A stretch of DNA of 63,458 nucleotides, counting the filler, from Candidatus Woesearchaeota archaeon (GTDB lineage Archaea > Nanobdellota > Nanobdellia > Woesearchaeales > JACPBO01): the NCBI GenBank assembly GCA_016180285.1. It is 3 parts of 3 records of this genome, joined end to end, with 100 filler letters (N's around TTAATTAATTAA, not from the genome) between each part and the next. Parts side by side here need not be neighbours in the genome. Positions count along the whole stretch, not along the records: positions 42,391 to 63,458 come from JACPBO010000024.1; 2 more parts are not named here. One strand, written 5' to 3'. Position numbers and translations under genes: made by a program. Below are positions 59,396-63,458 of this stretch, one piece after another (position 1 is the stretch's first letter; each line of letters opens with the position of its first letter). A model generated the notes under the pieces. That model did not search any database. It saw nothing but the letters and a program-made list of their open reading frames with translations, and was not told the origin of the DNA.

Positions 59396-60400
59396 ATGAA
59401 AAGAAAAATAATAAAGCAAGGCCATAGCACCCTGACAATAACTTTGCCTAGCAAATGGGCGCAGGATAGCGGCCTGAAAGCCGGTGACGAGATCGACCTT
59501 CTCGAAACTGAAAACGGGCTGCTTATTAACACTCAATGCCAGCAGGAATTTTCTTCTGTAGTATTGAATATTGACAACGACTTCAGCACACCAATACTTT
59601 GGAAATATTTTTGTGCAGTTTACCGTGCAGGTTATGATGAGATAACTGTGAAATTCCAGAGCAACAAGAAATATGAAGATGCTTTTGGCTTTATAACGCC
59701 ATATGCAAGGGACCCTTATTTGCCTAAAGAAAAGTATGAAAAAACAATCTTGGCAGTGGTCCAGGATATAACAAACAGGTTTATTGGCATGGAGATTATT
59801 GAGCACAGCTTAGACCATTGCGTTATAAAAGAGATGGAAGAGCCTAGCGCAAAGGAATTTGAAAATGCCATGCGCCGGGTATTCTTTATTATTCAGCAGA
59901 TGTTCAATGATGTAATTGGGATAATAGAAACCAGAAACTTTGACAGATTCGCAGATGTTCATATTTTGGACATGAATATTGACAGATTCCATGATTTTTG
60001 CTGCCGCATACTGAATAAAATGAGGGCAAAAAGCCAGTCAAAGGCAGAAATAATCTATACAACCTTGTTTATCCTTGAGCTTCTTGCAGATGAGTTCAAG
60101 CATATTTCCAATTACTATTACAACGCCAGAAAACACAGCATTAACGATGCAGAGTTAAAGAGAATGAAGCAATTTATGATGTCAATATCTGAACAGTTTA
60201 ATATGTACCATGATTTGTATTACAATTTTGATCATGAAAAGGTTAAAAAGATTTATGGCAAATGCGCTGACTTGTTTGCAGAGCCGCTTATAAAAAATAA
60301 GAACAATGATGAAGGATTGCTGCATCACTTAAGGAAGATAAGCGAGTTCACCTATTCGTTGACAGAGCTCAGAATAGAAATGGAGTATTCTATAAAATAA
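59396..60400 (+). CDS. AbrB/PhoU-type regulator
   Basis: RKIIKQG.STLTITLPSKW...L..GDEI, YRAGYDEI, GMEII, LELLADE. Confidence 0.88.
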   Translation: MKRKIIKQGHSTLTITLPSKWAQDSGLKAGDEIDLLETENGLLINTQCQQEFSSVVLNIDNDFSTPILWKYFCAVYRAGYDEITVKFQSNKKYEDAFGFITPYARDPYLPKEKYEKTILAVVQDITNRFIGMEIIEHSLDHCVIKEMEEPSAKEFENAMRRVFFIIQQMFNDVIGIIETRNFDRFADVHILDMNIDRFHDFCCRILNKMRAKSQSKAEIIYTTLFILELLADEFKHISNYYYNARKHSINDAELKRMKQFMMSISEQFNMYHDLYYNFDHEKVKKIYGKCADLFAEPLIKNKNNDEGLLHHLRKISEFTYSLTELRIEMEYSIK

Positions 60401-60417
60401 AAAGGGAATAATAAGCC

Positions 60418-60645
60418 TCAATCAGGGCTGCTCAGCCTGAACAGCAGCTTTGCAAGCCCCCTGTAGTTTTCCTTTATTCTTTTATCAAGGTCTTTTTCTT
60501 TTATGTAAAATGCAGTCTTATCGTCTTCCTTCTTTTTGAAAACACCGGGCATTGAAGCTATGTCTTCGTATTGATCTTTCGGCAGGCAATAGCCCAGCGC
60601 CACATAATGCCCTTTTCCGTTGAATTCCATTAGTTTGCAGATCAT
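60418..60645 (-). CDS. Small hypothetical protein
   Basis: 75-aa ORF directly downstream of the nagB-like gene. Confidence 0.55.
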   Translation of the reverse strand: MICKLMEFNGKGHYVALGYCLPKDQYEDIASMPGVFKKKEDDKTAFYIKEKDLDKRIKENYRGLAKLLFRLSSPD

Positions 60646-60666
60646 TTTTAGCTTGTTTTTTATCTG

Positions 60667-61598
60667 TCAAATATATTTTGAAGAGCTATGGTCTAAACAA
60701 AGCCGCACTTTATTGGGCGATTTTCTCAAAAATGATGCAGGGCATTGCTCGTCTATCGGCCCATATAATGCCCTTTCCACAATATTTGCCTTTTCTTCTC
60801 CAAATGCTATCAACACAATCTCTTTTGCATCTAGAATAGTCCCCNNNNNNNNNNNNNNNNNNNNNNNNNNNNNNNNNNTCCAATGGTAATTGCATAATCG
60901 GTTGTTCCATTAGATGTTTTGTGTGGTTCTATATACTCCTCAAGATGTACCCCCTCATTAATATTAACTGTCTTAGGCATAATAGAAGCAATGTGCCCCG
61001 GAGGATCAATGCCCAGGCCAAGCAGTAAAATGGCCATACCGCCAGCATTTGCTATTTGTTTTTCATACGCTTTGCAGCGGTGGTCAATAACAGATATTAT
61101 TTCCCTTATATCTCCCCCTCGTCCAGAACATTTTTCTATAGAATCGAAATCTTTCTCGTATTCATCTGCCGCGCGTTCCGTGCTTCTGAACCTCTTAGAT
61201 TCAAAATATTCATATTTGCCTGCTTCATAACTTCTTCTTAGTTCCTGTAGAGAAGAGTATACACTCATAATATCTGAGAGATCTGATTGGTTTTTTCCTA
61301 CAAAAATAGCATCAGGAGCATAAACTTTTGCTCCAGGCAATTGTTTTTCTATGCTTTTTTTCTGGTCATCTGTTCCCAAAAATTCATCAGCCGTAAAAGC
61401 TGTGATTCCTGAAAGGTCACTGGATATTGAATTTAAGGACATGTAAACTCCGGCAGTGCTGCTGCCACATGCTGCGCCTATTGATATCTTCCCGCCTTTT
61501 TTTATCATTTGCGCAGCAATATGCTCGGCAATAAGCTCTGAAACCCTTTCCCTGCTTCCTACAATGATGTCCAAGTTTTTACAATCTGTTTTTTTCAT
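60667..61598 (-). CDS. NagB/6-phosphogluconolactonase-fold enzyme spanning the N gap
   Basis: GSS..VY, ADEF, YEKQI..AGG, GLG...GHIA, AITIG. After the gap, read manually: GTILDAKEIVLIAFGEEKA...CPASFL...SKYI*. Confidence 0.82.
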
Positions 61599-61635
61599 TT
61601 TTGCCTCAGATTATTTGTCAAATCTTTTTTGAATT

Positions 61636-62982
61636 TTAGATGCCATTTGGGCTGAAATCACTATAAGGCTGTGCTTTGGGGCATTTAAGTTGGCTGATTG
61701 ATGCTCTTTTCTTCTTTTTAATTTCGGCTTCGATTAGTCTAGCATATTCATGAATGTTCCCATGTCTAATCCTATAGGAAGCAAATAAGTTAGCCAGGGT
61801 TATTGTAGTTCTTATGTCTAATCCTAAATTATAACAAACATTGATGACGCCATCTGCTACATCCCCTGCCCCTGTAAACTGAGGATTCTTGCCTATGTTC
61901 TTTTCATAAGGCTGAACATTTGCGTACGTAATTAGTTGCTTAGAATGGCATTGCGCACCAATTATCCCGTGCTTATCCCTTGTTATGATGTACTCTTTCG
62001 CATTTCCAGATTTAAGAATAGCTCTAAGGCCATCATAATTCCCTTTTCCAGTTAGTATCGCGTTTTCCTCTTTGTTTTCCACTAATAACTCGCATAAGGA
62101 AACTAGTTTTCTGACAACATCTTTTTCAGATTCGAACGAGGATTTTGTAAATAGGCCTGCCCTTATTACTTTTTTATTGTTAAAAATAGCAAGTACCAGC
62201 TCCATAAGGTACAAGTTTTTTGGAGCAACTACGTTTACTTGAGAAATATTGCTTAAATTTTCCATAATATCCTCGTGATAAAGACTGCCATCACTAACCT
62301 CATATTTTGGAATTGATCCTCTAAGAATTGTTTTTTTATTGCCTAATTCAAAAACAAGATTAATCGGAACTTTATCATATCCTTGCGGCGATATCTTTAA
62401 TGTTTTTACACCCAATTCAGCATAGTAATTACTCGAGCCATTTTGCTTAGGGTCAATCGCCAAATAGATAACTTCCGTCCTATTTAATCTTTCCAAGGTC
62501 TTTTGCTTTTTCTTTGTATTTATTCTTGCTTGCGATAGATAATACTTCAAGAATCTTATAAATGCAACCTCGGCTATTGCAGCATGAGCAGCAGATCCTC
62601 CTTTTTCTTCGCAGATAACCGAGACATTGTATTCTGTTTTGCCTTTTGCAATGGTTGGGTCTGTAGAAAGGCATTCCAAATCAATTTTTTCGCCACAGCC
62701 AATCCATTGTGATTTTTCCTTTATTTTTTCACGTTTAACCAAATCCTTGATTGACTCGAGATTCGGAGTTGCATAATATTTCATGCCGCCTAAATTGAAA
62801 GTTAATACAGCATCTTCAGGGTTAATGTTCTCATAATTTTTTGGCAGAGCAAGTTTAACGTCCCTTACATGCTCTCCAATATTCAGTATGCATCCAGGCG
62901 GATCAATCTTGTTGTTACATGCTTCAACAAGATCCTCTATTATTCGCGGGATAAGATTCTCTAATGTTTCCATTTTTTTCAT
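61636..62982 (-). CDS. PfkB/ribokinase-family sugar kinase, divergent
   Basis: GGSAAHAA, N..E, ITRDKHG, FTGAGD. Confidence 0.78.
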   Translation of the reverse strand: MKKMETLENLIPRIIEDLVEACNNKIDPPGCILNIGEHVRDVKLALPKNYENINPEDAVLTFNLGGMKYYATPNLESIKDLVKREKIKEKSQWIGCGEKIDLECLSTDPTIAKGKTEYNVSVICEEKGGSAAHAAIAEVAFIRFLKYYLSQARINTKKKQKTLERLNRTEVIYLAIDPKQNGSSNYYAELGVKTLKISPQGYDKVPINLVFELGNKKTILRGSIPKYEVSDGSLYHEDIMENLSNISQVNVVAPKNLYLMELVLAIFNNKKVIRAGLFTKSSFESEKDVVRKLVSLCELLVENKEENAILTGKGNYDGLRAILKSGNAKEYIITRDKHGIIGAQCHSKQLITYANVQPYEKNIGKNPQFTGAGDVADGVINVCYNLGLDIRTTITLANLFASYRIRHGNIHEYARLIEAEIKKKKRASISQLKCPKAQPYSDFSPNGI

Positions 62983-63049
62983 CTACGGCGGCTTATAGCT
63001 GCCGCTACTTCGATTTAATGCTGTCATAAATCAAATTACACTCGGCGTG

Positions 63050-63400
63050 TCACTTATACCCCGGCAGCAATTCGCATGACAACCGTTTATCAACAAATTT
63101 TATGCTCTTCGAGGCATCTTTATGGACGCCCATCACAGCATAGATTGCATTGATGTTCTCCGGGCATACAATTGACGCATTGTCTATCCATTGCTTCAGC
63201 CTTATGGAATGCCTTCTTCGGTTTAGCTGGACAGACCCGTAAATAATAAGGTTTTCAGGGGAATCTCCGATGAATCTTCCTTTTCTTGAGAAATATGCTG
63301 TCAGCTTGGAAGTGCTGTCTTTGTCCGGAATCAACTTTGTTGTTGCAACCCTTGGCTGCGCTTCTAAAACATTGTAAACCTGTTCTGCATTTTTCGGCAT
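63050..63400 (-). CDS. Hypothetical protein
   Basis: 116-aa ORF co-oriented with the kinase. Confidence 0.55.
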   Translation of the reverse strand: MPKNAEQVYNVLEAQPRVATTKLIPDKDSTSKLTAYFSRKGRFIGDSPENLIIYGSVQLNRRRHSIRLKQWIDNASIVCPENINAIYAVMGVHKDASKSIKFVDKRLSCELLPGYK

Positions 63401-63458
63401 CTTTTTTACATAAATTAAGATGTCATGCAGATGGTACCTGTTAACAGAGCTGACAGCT

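Noticed and set aside
60845..60878. Apparent frameshift in the nagB-like gene
   Set aside because: Caused by the estimated N-gap length. The flanks AITIG / GTILDAK suggest only a few bases are missing.
1..63458. CRISPR array, tRNA/rRNA, DGR, integrase or transposase
   Set aside because: No regularly spaced repeats, tRNA T-loop signatures, reverse transcriptase or recombinase motifs were recognised by eye. A tRNAscan/Infernal run would be needed to exclude small RNAs.

Overview
This window is from an archaeal genome, most likely DPANN (Woesearchaeota-like). The basis is AglB, an A-type ATPase, Hef, rpl34e/rpl14e, Spt5, an ADP-forming acetate-CoA ligase, three TrmB paralogues and BRE-TATA promoters with largely leaderless genes. 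It is three contigs joined by artificial N/TTAATTAATTAA linkers (22531-22630, 42291-42390), with a small N gap at 60845-60878. Contig 1 holds cell-surface genes, a GGR-aglB-epimerase-GT2-B12 radical SAM block, an accessory island (HEPN/MNT, DUF3800, Zn fingers) and the start of the A-ATPase operon. Contig 2 holds a frameshifted htpX, membrane proteins, YhaM, a convergent antitoxin/PIN pair, a HAD hydrolase, Hef, a truncated Bro-N gene, ribosomal genes, pheST, TrmBs and ACD. Contig 3 holds a PIG-L deacetylase, an arginase-fold protein, cmk, an FKBP PPIase and ftsZ-secE-spt5. A 5.2 kb insertion follows, then an rpl11 with a long C-terminal extension and a sugar-catabolism cluster (class II FBA, PPi-type PFK, NagB-like, PfkB-like). 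Most notable observations: (i) accessory genes bracketed by short direct repeats or relics of gene ends, with no integrase in view; (ii) a two-domain dikinase lacking an acceptor domain; (iii) a candidate hybrid amino-sugar scavenging pathway; (iv) the extended L11; (v) an apparent AUA start for hef; (vi) a shared TGTCCA promoter motif. No rRNA, tRNA or CRISPR array was recognised. All family assignments come from motif recognition by eye, not database searches.
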